A stretch of 32,000 nucleotides of DNA from Halomicronema hongdechloris C2206 (GCF_002075285.3 NZ_CP021983.2:4590001-4622000); one strand, 5' to 3'; counted from the stretch's first letter, positions 18,874 to 28,193 are shown. Notes: generated by a model not told the origin, from the letters alone. Made by a program: numbers and translations.

Positions 18874-18900
18874 CCATCCATATCATCCATCCATATCATC
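18871..18900. repeat. 13-bp tandem repeat CATCCATCCATAT x2.3
   Basis: Copies at 18871-18883 and 18884-18896, plus a partial copy at 18897-18900. The first copy contains the start codon (minus strand) of the small membrane protein gene. Confidence 0.85.
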
Positions 18901-18959
18901 AAGGTAGCCCCCCAGACCCGGAGGGCTAGTTAGCCTCGAGGTCGGTGTCCCCCTCTCTC

Positions 18960-19415
18960 TTATACTGGCAGCAATGAGCGCTGACAGGTAGGGCAAATGG
19001 CATGGATCGTGAGTTGGCAGTCCAATAAGTGATACCCAGACTTCTGGGCCGTCTTAGCGCCTGCCTTCAGGACCGAATCATTTTTAAACTCGATGGTTCG
19101 ATTGCAGCGCACGCAGATCAAATGGTGATGATGGTGGGGAGCTGGCTGATTGAGCTCATAGCGCTTATGTCCTTCTGCCAACTCCAGTTCTCGCAGAATA
19201 CCCATGCGAGACAGCAGTTTGAGATTGCGATAAATCGTTGACAGACTGACAGTTTCCCCTTTTTCCCGTAAGACCTCCAGGAGATCTTCGGCGCTCAAAT
19301 GCTCTCCCTTAGGCAAATTTTGAAAGGTTGTCAGCAGGATTTCCCGCTGGGGAGTCATGCGCCAGCCCCGTTCATTCAGCTCAGTCTTAAGGGCTGCAGG
19401 GGTATAGGCTGCCAT
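18960..19415 (-). CDS. fur: Ferric uptake regulator (Fur family; cyanobacterial FurA-like)
   Basis: The start is set at the internal ATG (19413-19415), giving 151 aa. It has a winged-helix region (RMTPQREILL...LSTIYRNLKLL), the HHHHHLICVRC motif and a C-terminal CPTC. Confidence 0.9.
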   Translation of the reverse strand: MAAYTPAALKTELNERGWRMTPQREILLTTFQNLPKGEHLSAEDLLEVLREKGETVSLSTIYRNLKLLSRMGILRELELAEGHKRYELNQPAPHHHHHLICVRCNRTIEFKNDSVLKAGAKTAQKSGYHLLDCQLTIHAICPTCQRSLLPV

Positions 19416-19445
19416 GATAAATTCCTCGCAATAGCCATCCTTAAT

Positions 19446-19507
19446 TGAGAATGATAATACATCTGCCAGATATTCGCAAGAGGATAAGTTTGTTGAGAAT
19501 AATATCC
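19446..19507 (-). promoter_or_regulatory. Two Fur-box-like AT-rich motifs in the fur upstream region
   Basis: TGAGAATGATAATAC (19446-19460) and TGAGAATAATATCC (19494-19507) resemble the GATAATGATAATCATTATC consensus. Both lie in the 151-nt gap between the exbD stop and the fur start. Confidence 0.4.
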
Positions 19508-19566
19508 AGTAATCAGCTCCACTGCAATTGATAAGCTTGCTGCTAGGGGCCCGATAGCCAACACGA

Positions 19567-19977
19567 CTACTGGTCTTGGGTGGCAATCGCCAGTTGCACG
19601 CCCAGGGCACTGAGGCGATCTAATACAGCAACTACCTGGCCATGGGAAGCCGCCGTGTCTGCGCGCAGCACCACTAAGATAGAGGCGTTCTCGGCCTGGG
19701 TCGCCTGCACTGCTGTTGTCAGTTCATCAAGGGTTACCGGTTGATCTGCCAAGAAAATCTCCCCTTGGGCGGTTAAGGTGACGGTGAGGGAGGGGGATAG
19801 TTGCGGCGAGGCTGTCGTGGCTTGGGGGAGAGTGATCGGTAGATTAGTGGTCTCTGTTAGAAACAGACTTGACACAATAAAAAAGGTCAGTACGGCAAAG
19901 ATCACATCGATCATGGGTACGATGTTGATGACCGGCGATTGTCCAGAGTCCTCGGGGAGTTGCATGGCCAATACCAA
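19567..19977 (-). CDS. exbD: Biopolymer transport protein ExbD/TolR
   Basis: The N-terminal INIVPMIDVIFAVLTFFIV TM motif is typical of ExbD/TolR. The ORF track starts at TTG 19977; the first ATG is at 19963-19965. Confidence 0.85.
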   Translation of the reverse strand: MVLAMQLPEDSGQSPVINIVPMIDVIFAVLTFFIVSSLFLTETTNLPITLPQATTASPQLSPSLTVTLTAQGEIFLADQPVTLDELTTAVQATQAENASILVVLRADTAASHGQVVAVLDRLSALGVQLAIATQDQ

Positions 19978-20046
19978 GGGATTGACTGAGAGATATCTAC
20001 GACACTTTTTACGACACCTTTAAAGACAGTTTAAGCATCCATTGAT

Positions 20047-20706
20047 TTAAACTATGGCTGATTTAGACACGGCTGCTGTTGCTAAAGCAATAGCGGCGGG
20101 ATAGATACGATGTTCTTGCGCCTGGATACGGGCTTGTAATGTCTGGGGGGTGTCATCTGGGTGGACGGGCACCACCGCCTGTAAAATGATCGGGCCACTA
20201 TCTACGGCTAGCACGGCATAGTGGACGGTGCACCCAGAGACTTTGACGCCAGCCTTTAAGGCTTGTTCGACAGCCCGCACCCCTGGAAAACTGGGTAATA
20301 GACTGGGATGGATATTTAGTACTCGTTGGGGAAAAGCGTCGAGCAGGATTCGGGTGACTCGTCGCATCCAACCGGCCATGGCTACCCACTCGACGCCATA
20401 TTGCCGCAATACCATCACAATCTCGTGTTCTAAGGCTTCACGGCGATCAAACTGGCGGTGGTTCAACAAAATTGCCGGAATGCCTAATGTCTCTGCTTGG
20501 TCAGCCACCTTAGCGCCTGGGTTGTTGTAGATGACCACCTGAATCTTGGCCTGAAGCCGATCTTGGGCGATGGCTTCGGCGATGGCGACCATATTACTCC
20601 CCTTACCAGAGGCTAAAATCCCCAGTGGTGTTGGTTGTGGTGGGCGAGGTAGGGGGTCTGGCAGCGGCGGCGAGATTAGCACAGGGGCTGGAGAGGTGGA
20701 TATCAT
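20047..20706 (-). CDS. purN: Phosphoribosylglycinamide formyltransferase
   Basis: The motifs LASGKGSN, LAGWMR, LNIHPSLLP and SGCTVHYV-like (SGCTVHYA) are present. It has a Pro-rich N-terminal extension. Confidence 0.93.
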   Translation of the reverse strand: MISTSPAPVLISPPLPDPLPRPPQPTPLGILASGKGSNMVAIAEAIAQDRLQAKIQVVIYNNPGAKVADQAETLGIPAILLNHRQFDRREALEHEIVMVLRQYGVEWVAMAGWMRRVTRILLDAFPQRVLNIHPSLLPSFPGVRAVEQALKAGVKVSGCTVHYAVLAVDSGPIILQAVVPVHPDDTPQTLQARIQAQEHRIYPAAIALATAAVSKSAIV

Positions 20707-21002
20707 GATAGACGGGGCAATAGCTCCCCATTTCCTTGCTCTCCAGCCTATCTGGAAACTGTGCCCCTGGGAAGAGGTCGACTACTCGTGCTCTGTGGCA
20801 GCAATAATGCCTCGATTGATCAAAGCGGCAAGGCGATATTATCGGGATTTCTCTGTCTGCCTTCTGAATTCTGTCCTAGTGAGCTAAGAGGACATTTGGA
20901 AACTCGGCTGAAAGGCCTGTAAGGTAGGCATTTTAGAGTGTATGGCCCTGCTGGCCAGAAACCAGTCTGGAGAAAGGTTGCAGGGTACTTTCCAAACATC
21001 CT

Positions 21003-23087
21003 CTAAGTCTGGTTGCCGGGATGCTTCTGCAAGGACAGGAGATAGGTGTGGGCCGTGATGGCTGTCCAGGTTGAGTTCGAGCTGATGTGATGTAGCCAGT
21101 CCTGCAGCGGGGCCGCATTTGGTTTAGTCAGCGCTTCTGAGACGAGTAGGGTGGCGTAACCTCCGGGCCGCAGCAGGTGCAGGCAGCGTTCTAGGAAGAG
21201 CCGTTCTCGATAGAGGGGAACAGCGCGACGTGACAGGGAGCGGGTGGCATGACGGAAGTCAGAAGAACGGCGGATAAAGTCTCGCAGATAGGAATAATGC
21301 CCCTGGTAGTCGCGCCAGGCAGTGGCCAAATCGGGATGGTGTTGCAGGATGGTATGACGCAGTTGGTTCAGGGTTTGTCGATCGATGCCTTTGGCCTGAA
21401 ACAGGGGACGAAAGGCTAGGAAAAACTCATCTAGGTTGGGCCGCAGTAGTCCTGGCGGGGGCTGACAGAGAATGCCGTCGAACCCGCCTTTTTGCAGGAT
21501 GTCATGGCAATGAAAGCCCCAGTGGAAAGGGTGTAGGGCGTCCATGTCGGCTGTGGTGAGGACGCGTCGCTGATGGCGGCCGTAGGCATCTGGCTGCTGA
21601 TAATGGATGCCGAGGTGTTGACTAAATTCGCTGAGCAGTAATTGGTTTAGCCGGATTTGAGCAGTGTGATTGATGTGGTGAAGTTGCTGCCACATCAGGT
21701 TGGCTTGTCCCTGGCTGGCTAAATCCCCAGCTGCTATTAGCGGTTCTGTCTGGGCGCGGTAGTACTCTAAGTGAATGTGGCGGGCTTGTAGAATCGAGCG
21801 GTAGTCCTCGGCGGCGAGGGGTTGCAGCAGACTACCTTGCCGAGGCAGGGTAGGAGCTGGGGCTTCAAACCGCTCGGAATCGACCTGCACTAGCCCCACC
21901 AGGGCGTTGCCCGAGAACAGGGTGGTGTCGGCTGGGGGAAATCGCTGTAGGTCTGCGGGGGTAGGGGTGGCGGCTAGTCGCTGTAGATGCAGTTGCAGTT
22001 GGGTTAACTGGACGGCCACGGGCCAGGCATCGATTCCATAGATGTGGCGGCTGATGTGTTGATGCAACCTGAGCAGGTCTGGTTGTTCCTCGGGTGGTAA
22101 TTGTCCCACTAGGGGGGCGTAGTGGGACAGTAGCTGGCGGTGGGCTGTCAGGAGATAGGTGCCTGCTCCACAGGCAGGATCCACCAGAGCTGGGGGAATG
22201 GCTAAGAGCGCGCGCGCCAGGGATGAATCGGCCTGCATCAGGACATCGGCCCAATGGTGAAAGCGGTCAGGGAAGAGGGTCTCGGCTTTCTGTTGCAATA
22301 GGGGCAATAGGGTGCGATCGCACAGGTGCTGAGCCACCGCTGCCGCTGTCACCGTGGGGGTGCCTTGGGTCTGAGCGGTGACAAAGGCTTCAAATACCTG
22401 GCCTAGCAAATCCAGGGGCAAGCCCTCTCCCGGGGGCAAATCCCCCAACCACTCCAGCAGGGGTTCGAAGGCGGCGTCGGGGATCTGCAGAGACGGATAC
22501 TGCTGCTCTAGGGGCGAGGGCTGAAACAGCCCCAGGGAAATGGCTGGTAATTGCCTCAGATGCGATCGCCAGGGGGCCGGTCGCCCCTGCGGCGATCGCA
22601 GTAGACCCTGATAACACAGCGGTTGCAAAACCTGATGAAAGAAGCGATCGCGGCCCCGTTGCTGGCTCTGGCCGTACTGATTTTGCAGATACCACTCATC
22701 GTCCCCCAGCCATCCCCGCCGCTGCAAACCGTAGAGCAGGATCAGACGGCAGATCAGGGTAATGGCATAGCTAGCCCGTTCTGGTGCCGTTGGCACCGCC
22801 TCCAGGGCGGCAAATAGAGACTCATAGGCGGCGTCAAAGCGTGGGTAATAGCCGGGCCAGTGGCTATCACCGCCCTGCAACTGAGACTGCAGCGGCTGAC
22901 TGGGGTCACCTGCAGCCATCGCTGCACCCAATCCGCCGCCAAGGGAGCAACCTGACCGGGTCCCTGGACCCGATAAGCTGGGGAGCCCGAGTCTGTGGGC
23001 CATTCCCAAAGACTCTGCCCCCGGGCATTCAGCCAAATCACCACTGGTTGCGGCCAGATAGACTGCAGCCGCTGCAGAAACTGCCAC
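21003..23087 (-). CDS. Eco57I/type IIG-like N6-adenine DNA methyltransferase-like protein, main body (catalytic motif degenerate)
   Basis: The motifs are family-like:
- Motif I: VDPACGAGTYLL.
- IYGIDAWPVAVQLTQLQL, matching the family pattern IYGvDID..AV.
- LFSGNALVG, matching GNSLiG.
- FHWGFHCHDILQKGGFDGILCQPPPG, aligning to FHW..EFPEV...GGFDvViGNPPY.
The first ~55 residues of the listed ORF look out of frame. Confidence 0.7.
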   Translation of the reverse strand: MAVSAAAAVYLAATSGDLAECPGAESLGMAHRLGLPSLSGPGTRSGCSLGGGLGAAMAAGDPSQPLQSQLQGGDSHWPGYYPRFDAAYESLFAALEAVPTAPERASYAITLICRLILLYGLQRRGWLGDDEWYLQNQYGQSQQRGRDRFFHQVLQPLCYQGLLRSPQGRPAPWRSHLRQLPAISLGLFQPSPLEQQYPSLQIPDAAFEPLLEWLGDLPPGEGLPLDLLGQVFEAFVTAQTQGTPTVTAAAVAQHLCDRTLLPLLQQKAETLFPDRFHHWADVLMQADSSLARALLAIPPALVDPACGAGTYLLTAHRQLLSHYAPLVGQLPPEEQPDLLRLHQHISRHIYGIDAWPVAVQLTQLQLHLQRLAATPTPADLQRFPPADTTLFSGNALVGLVQVDSERFEAPAPTLPRQGSLLQPLAAEDYRSILQARHIHLEYYRAQTEPLIAAGDLASQGQANLMWQQLHHINHTAQIRLNQLLLSEFSQHLGIHYQQPDAYGRHQRRVLTTADMDALHPFHWGFHCHDILQKGGFDGILCQPPPGLLRPNLDEFFLAFRPLFQAKGIDRQTLNQLRHTILQHHPDLATAWRDYQGHYSYLRDFIRRSSDFRHATRSLSRRAVPLYRERLFLERCLHLLRPGGYATLLVSEALTKPNAAPLQDWLHHISSNSTWTAITAHTYLLSLQKHPGNQT

Positions 23088-23332
23088 CGAGCAGTTGCCT
23101 GGGGGGTATAGGCAGCTGTAACCACCCCAATGTCACCGGCCTGGGCAGAAGGTTGCCCCTTAGCCGACAAATCGGTGTCCCAGCCAGCGACGGCATCAGA
23201 GTGTAGTCGCTGCCATCCCAACCCATCAAACAGGGCAATCATGTTACCTATCTCTAGGCTCGAAACCAAGCTAGAGAGCCGATCAGCTCGCCCCTGGGAT
23301 GTCAGGTTAGAGAAGGGGCTAGGGGCTGACAT
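22754..23332 (-). CDS. N-terminal segment of the same methyltransferase-like gene in another frame (apparent 1-nt frame break), or a separate overlapping ORF
   Basis: ATG at 23332. The sequence is protein-like up to ...APLAADWVQRWLQ. It then becomes Arg/Cys/Pro-rich exactly where the 21003..23087 frame becomes protein-like (GDPSQPLQSQLQ...). Adding one G at CAGGTGAC (plus 22905-22915) would join the two into a protein of about 776 aa. Confidence 0.5.
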   Translation of the reverse strand: MSAPSPFSNLTSQGRADRLSSLVSSLEIGNMIALFDGLGWQRLHSDAVAGWDTDLSAKGQPSAQAGDIGVVTAAYTPQATARWQFLQRLQSIWPQPVVIWLNARGQSLWEWPTDSGSPAYRVQGPGQVAPLAADWVQRWLQVTPVSRCSLSCRAVIATGPAITHALTPPMSLYLPPWRRCQRHQNGLAMPLP

Positions 23333-23400
23333 AAACCTCTTGAGTGATGGCCACCTTCACCCTAGCAAGTGAAGCTACCCCGAATGTTGACCACTGGGGC

Positions 23401-23865
23401 TCAGGGAGTCTCAGACGATTGTTGCTTAGCTTGGGCTGCCAGGGCATAGTCACGGAAACGGTTCATATCGGCTTGAATGGTGGATTCAACAATGCGACCC
23501 AAAAACAAGTTATCCATCCACTTGATAATGGCCGGAACAGCATAGGACACGGTGAGCTTGACTGTTGTGGTACCTTCTTGGCGATCGTAGAAACGAATGC
23601 CCCCGCGATTGGGCAGCCCATCTACGGATTCCCACTGAATCAGCTGCTCTGGCACTAGCCGGGTAATCCGGGACAGCCAGCTGAACTCTAGCCCTCCCGA
23701 GGCAAGTTTCCACCGAGATAACTCTGGCGTGTCTGCTAAGACGGTGACCGATTCGATCCACTTCATCCAGCGGGGCATTTGCTCGAGATCAGACCAAAGC
23801 TCCCAGGCCAGTTGCACCGGGATCTCGACCTCGACAAACACACTGTGGTCTAACCATTCGCTCAT
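23401..23865 (-). CDS. SRPBCC (cyclase/dehydrase, START-like) family protein
   Basis: 154 aa. The pattern VEIPVQLAWELWSDLEQMPRWMKWIESV...WESVDGLPNRGGIRF is typical of polyketide_cyc2/SRPBCC proteins. It lies 40 nt downstream of crtQ on the same strand. Confidence 0.8.
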   Translation of the reverse strand: MSEWLDHSVFVEVEIPVQLAWELWSDLEQMPRWMKWIESVTVLADTPELSRWKLASGGLEFSWLSRITRLVPEQLIQWESVDGLPNRGGIRFYDRQEGTTTVKLTVSYAVPAIIKWMDNLFLGRIVESTIQADMNRFRDYALAAQAKQQSSETP

Positions 23866-23905
23866 AGCTATGGGGAATAGGGAGAAAGGGATACGGCGGC
23901 AGGGC

Positions 23906-25366
23906 TTAGGATGGCACCGTCACTGGGCCTACTGGGGCCCAGGCAGCAATGGCCTCAGCGGCCTGACGCCCTGATAGGGTGGCCCCTTCCATGCTATCGA
24001 TGTAGTCTTGCTGAGTGTAGCTGCCCGCTAAAAAGAAGTTGGAAATAGGGGTCACCTGCTCAGGACGATAGGGATCCATGCCGGGAGCTTCTCGGTAAAG
24101 GGATTTGGCCAACTTCACCACACTATACCAAGTCATGGTCAGCTGCCGGGAGGAAGGAAACAGATCGTGCACCTGCTTCAGCACATGGTGGGCAATGGCC
24201 TGGTTGGACTGGCGAATGAAGGGATCGCCGGGCGTAAGCACCAGTTGCAGTAACGAGCCTTCCCCCTGGCGCCGGTAGTCCTTTGGGCTGGTCAGGGCCA
24301 AATCGGCGAAGCAGGAGAAATCGGCATCGGGGGTATAGAGTAAATTGTCCAGACCTACGGCCTGCTGGAGTTGTTGACGGGCTTGGGCATTGGCTAGTTC
24401 TGTCACCCAGCCATTGAACCGCAGTTGCACCGTGGCTACGGGCACGGCATCGAGCCGATAGATATTGTCAAATTCTGGCCACTGCCGCCAGGCATCCGGC
24501 AGTAGCCGTTGGATACCGGGTACATCACAGGCACAGAGGTAGGCGGCGGCCGTGATGGTGTCGCTGGCGTCACCGTTAGCGATGACTAAGCCGGTGACCT
24601 GCGGGCTGTTACCCTGGCGTTGCCACAAGATCTCACGCACGCCTCGGCGCGTGTGGATGGTCACCCCTCGTTGGCTTAGGTACTGGACAATAGGCTGGAG
24701 CAGGCAGGTGTCAGGGGATCCCTCTAACATGCGTAAGACAGAGGCCTCGGAACGGGCGGCGAACAGCTGAAAGATGGTCAGCATGCAGCGGGCTGAAATC
24801 TGCTCGGTGTCGATGAACCCCAGGGCATAGGCGATGGGGTTCCACAGCCGCTTGAGGCTGCCCTGGGAGCCCCCTTGGCCGCGAAACCAGTCGGCGAAGC
24901 TGATGCGATCCAGTTGCCGGATGGTGGTCATGGCCCCCTCAAAGTCGACTAGCCCACGCACGATGGGGCTGGTGGCCAATGCGATCGCATTTTGGGCCTT
25001 ATCCCGCAGGGATAGTTGACCCGTGGTAAAAAATGCCTTCAGCCCATTAAATGGTGCCCCCGTGAGAAAGCGAAAATCGAGGGCAGCGGTCTGGCCACCT
25101 CGATTGACGAAGGTATGGACATGCTCTTTCAACCGCAGCGAGTCGAACGCCCCTACCTGCGTCATCAATTCAAACAGGTTGTAGTAGCAGCCGAAAAAGA
25201 CATGTAGCCCCATCTCGATATGGTTACCCTGGCCATCGACCCAACTGCCAACCTTGCCACCGACGAAGGGACGAGCCTCGAATATCTCCACCTCATGGCC
25301 AGCATCCACCAACTCCACCGCTGCCGCTAACCCCGCTAGCCCAGCTCCGACAATGACAACTCGCAT
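23906..25366 (-). CDS. crtQ: 9,9'-di-cis-zeta-carotene desaturase (ZDS)
   Basis: [65 protein letters not shown] matches the ZDS N-terminus rather than PDS, which has KVAAW.D.DGDWYETGLHIFFGAY. Confidence 0.95.
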   Translation of the reverse strand: MRVVIVGAGLAGLAAAVELVDAGHEVEIFEARPFVGGKVGSWVDGQGNHIEMGLHVFFGCYYNLFELMTQVGAFDSLRLKEHVHTFVNRGGQTAALDFRFLTGAPFNGLKAFFTTGQLSLRDKAQNAIALATSPIVRGLVDFEGAMTTIRQLDRISFADWFRGQGGSQGSLKRLWNPIAYALGFIDTEQISARCMLTIFQLFAARSEASVLRMLEGSPDTCLLQPIVQYLSQRGVTIHTRRGVREILWQRQGNSPQVTGLVIANGDASDTITAAAYLCACDVPGIQRLLPDAWRQWPEFDNIYRLDAVPVATVQLRFNGWVTELANAQARQQLQQAVGLDNLLYTPDADFSCFADLALTSPKDYRRQGEGSLLQLVLTPGDPFIRQSNQAIAHHVLKQVHDLFPSSRQLTMTWYSVVKLAKSLYREAPGMDPYRPEQVTPISNFFLAGSYTQQDYIDSMEGATLSGRQAAEAIAAWAPVGPVTVPS

Positions 25367-25573
25367 GAGCGACCCTTCCTCATCAGTGCTTTACATAGTG
25401 TAATCCCTTGGGTCGCTTCACCTAAACGCCCAGTACAACATGGTGGCAGTCGATCAGTCATGGCGCCCCCAGCTCTCCCTTGCTTCTCCCCTCTCCGGCC
25501 CTGAAGCAGGGCAGGCCAACTGGGGCCGCAGGCCACTCGGCTCCGAGCTGCCATATCTCGATCTGACGATGGG

Positions 25574-27274
25574 TTATTGCATCTCCAGGGGAGGAATGTT
25601 AAGCTCCTCAGCCGTACAAGAGCGGGTCTCAAACAGAGCGCAGAGATCCTTGAGCTGGGGATTGCCACTGGCACTGCCAGTTACCCCGGCCGCAATGACC
25701 ACGCCGCAATGCCCTTGATAGTCTTGATGCCATTGCCACCAGCGACTAAGGCTGCGCCGATCGACAGGGTCATCCCTGAGATATTCAGCAAACAGATGGA
25801 ACTCGTCATCCCCAGTTTGTAGCAGCCCCAACTCATAGGCTGCCCCACTGTAGAAGTCGTGCCCAGGGGTGAAACACACGGCCTGGATTCCCTGGGCATG
25901 ACGCAGGTTTTCGATCAGAGTCTTGGCCTTGGGGCGAGAGGTCTGAATCAGCACGACTGGCAACTCTTGGGGCGAGGAGCGTTCTCCCGCGGCTGCCCGG
26001 AAGGCCATGGACTGCAGATATCGTTGAGGACTCTGGCGTAGCTGCTGCAACCAGTCTCCCGGCAATTTCGTCAGCATCACCAGAGATCCCTGAGGAATAT
26101 AGTCATCCCGTAGCACCGGCAGGGTCCTGCTGAAGTCCTGCTGGCCTTGGTCGCCAGCGCCTCCTAGGGCCACTTCCGTTTCCTGGATCAGCTCTTGGGC
26201 CAAGGCCGGTAGGGTTTTGACCAGTACCGATAGGGTTTTCTGGGATAGGTTGGGATCGGGATTCTCGATGCGATAACGGCCGTCTAGGGTGGGAAAGGGA
26301 ACCGCCTCCAAGCTGTGATAGAAGCGTTTGAAAAATCGCCGCAGGGCTTCTAAGGCCACCATCATGGTGAAGGCTTCTTCCACTTCCAAATGATTGCGCA
26401 GCCCTTCTAGGGGGTGCAGGCTGCCGAACTCCGGCTGAACCGCATCTGGCCCTGGCGTGGTGACAGTCTGGGGCAAGCTGAACCAGCCATCATCGGCGTC
26501 TAAGAGTTCAAAATTGAGAAATAGGCAATCCTGCTCTAGGAACGCCTCTTGCATCTGCTTGGTGGATTGGCTGCCACTCAGCACCCGTTGGCGAAATTGT
26601 CGCAGGGATGTCACAGACCGATATAGCAGCAATCCGTATTCCACCCCAGCCATGCCCAAGGTAGAGACATAAAGGGTATCAACCTCCCAGGCATTGATCT
26701 CAACGGCCAAGATTTGTTGTTCGTTCAGCACCTGCCAGGGGGCAATATCCCACATGGCCATGGCTGTAGCCATGAGGTCCTGGGCATAGGGTTCCGGTAG
26801 GTTGGGGCGCTCTGGCAGGACCTGTTGCTGCAACTGCTGGAAGAGTTCATCGATTAACGGCAGGGCTGGTCCATAGTCAACGGTAATGTCTAAGTCCTGC
26901 AATACTCCTCTCAGGTAGAATTGCAGCTCGCGATCGCGGACAACAATTTTTTGGGGACGACAGGGATCGGCCGCCCCTTGGGGATGTTCGATGGCCTGGA
27001 GCAAGGTTCGAACCATGGCCTCAGGGCCAGCGTCGGTGGGCACAATGGCCAGGGATCGTACGGTTCCCTGGGTGCCATCTACCCAGAGAATACAGTCGGT
27101 AGGCGCCGGGTCATGATCGTCACTGGCATCAAACTGAGCCGCTAAGGAGCCCGTCATTGAGCACCGATCTCCTTCCCAAACACTAGGCAACTTGGGGAGA
27201 CGCTGCAGACGTTGACTGGTGGATCGGTTCAGGGTGCTCATGAAGAACGCTCGGCAGCAGTGACGACAAGACAT
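25574..27274 (-). CDS. Hypothetical protein (566 aa), no recognised domain
   Basis: A long ORF with gene-like composition. An alternative ATG 11 codons in (27239-27241) gives MSTLNRS... as the N-terminus. Confidence 0.7.
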   Translation of the reverse strand: MSCRHCCRAFFMSTLNRSTSQRLQRLPKLPSVWEGDRCSMTGSLAAQFDASDDHDPAPTDCILWVDGTQGTVRSLAIVPTDAGPEAMVRTLLQAIEHPQGAADPCRPQKIVVRDRELQFYLRGVLQDLDITVDYGPALPLIDELFQQLQQQVLPERPNLPEPYAQDLMATAMAMWDIAPWQVLNEQQILAVEINAWEVDTLYVSTLGMAGVEYGLLLYRSVTSLRQFRQRVLSGSQSTKQMQEAFLEQDCLFLNFELLDADDGWFSLPQTVTTPGPDAVQPEFGSLHPLEGLRNHLEVEEAFTMMVALEALRRFFKRFYHSLEAVPFPTLDGRYRIENPDPNLSQKTLSVLVKTLPALAQELIQETEVALGGAGDQGQQDFSRTLPVLRDDYIPQGSLVMLTKLPGDWLQQLRQSPQRYLQSMAFRAAAGERSSPQELPVVLIQTSRPKAKTLIENLRHAQGIQAVCFTPGHDFYSGAAYELGLLQTGDDEFHLFAEYLRDDPVDRRSLSRWWQWHQDYQGHCGVVIAAGVTGSASGNPQLKDLCALFETRSCTAEELNIPPLEMQ

Positions 27275-27365
27275 TTATAGTAAAGTCCATGGGCAAAAAA
27301 CGCATAATCCCTATAGGAAAATATGCCGTTGTTGCCTCCCTACGCAGTTGACTCTTCAATCTTTG

Positions 27366-27420
27366 CATAGGCAATCTTTACATAGGCATTGTGGCGGGGT
27401 AGCCATAGAGAATGCCTATG
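27366..27420. promoter_or_regulatory. Three copies of the CATAGGCA(A/T)T motif (two direct, one inverted) in a divergent intergenic region
   Basis: CATAGGCAAT at 27366-27375 and CATAGGCATT at 27381-27390. The exact reverse complement AATGCCTATG lies at 27411-27420. Confidence 0.3.
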
Positions 27421-27774
27421 ATAACGACGATTGGGTGGGCTACTAGGAGTCAACTCCTCTGGAAGGCACCCCATTCAGGAGCTGGGAGGCGACTCAATGC
27501 CTCAGCAAAGAGCCGCCTGAGCGTTCCGATTTCAACGCTTTCCTGAAGGCTTCCAGTTTCTCTGAGCTAAACTGATAGAAGCTCGGTGTTTAGCCCCCTG
27601 GTGATTAAGATTAGCGATAAAATTGGTAGTTAAATGCATAACTCGAACGCCTGAGCGCTAAGGTTAGACGCGTGGCGTCAAGCCTACCCCGAAGTTGACC
27701 TTCTGGCGTAGGTTCCAAAGATTATTTGTTCGCTGTTTTCTCTGCTGCTTTGTTGAGGAGTCTTTTTAGGCCTG

Positions 27775-28128
27775 ATGACACAGACAACCCAATCGCAACC
27801 AGGCATTCAAATGTCAGAAGCGGCCCTGAAGCACGTGCTGGCATTACGGGAACAACAGGGCACCGACCTCTACCTGCGGGTGGGTGTCCGTCAAGGGGGC
27901 TGTTCCGGGATGTCTTACATGATGGACTTTGAAGATCCCCAAAACGTCACGGAACACGATGAGGTCTATGACTACGACGGGTTTAAGGTGGTCTGCGATC
28001 GCAAAAGCCTGTTGTACCTCTACGGCCTCATGCTGGACTACAGCAACGCCCTAATCGGAGGGGGGTTCCAGTTCACCAATCCCAATGCCACCCAGACGTG
28101 TGGCTGTGGTAAGTCCTTCGGCGCTTAA
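27775..28128 (+). CDS. Iron-sulfur cluster assembly accessory protein (IscA/SufA/HesB family)
   Basis: The motifs [15 protein letters not shown] and C-terminal [16 protein letters not shown] (the Cys-X-Cys signature of A-type carriers) are present. Confidence 0.93.
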   Translation: MTQTTQSQPGIQMSEAALKHVLALREQQGTDLYLRVGVRQGGCSGMSYMMDFEDPQNVTEHDEVYDYDGFKVVCDRKSLLYLYGLMLDYSNALIGGGFQFTNPNATQTCGCGKSFGA

Positions 28129-28157
28129 GCTCTCTGTCTAAACAGCTAGGACGACTC

Positions 28158-28193
28158 GGGGAAAGAAGGATTCACGTCTTTCCCCATTTTTTT
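28158..28193 (+). terminator. Rho-independent terminator after the IscA-family gene
   Basis: 9-bp stem GGGGAAAGA (28158-28166) / TCTTTCCCC (28177-28185) with a 10-nt loop, followed by A plus T7 (28187-28193). Confidence 0.8.

Noticed and set aside
19416-19610. N-terminal 65-codon extension of the Fur ORF
   Set aside because: Fur proteins are about 150 aa. The extension covers the AT-rich promoter and Fur-box region and overlaps the exbD 3' end.
22094-22817. Plus-strand and alternative-frame ORFs within the methyltransferase-like gene
   Set aside because: These are low-complexity shadow ORFs. The minus-strand frame carries all the recognisable motifs.
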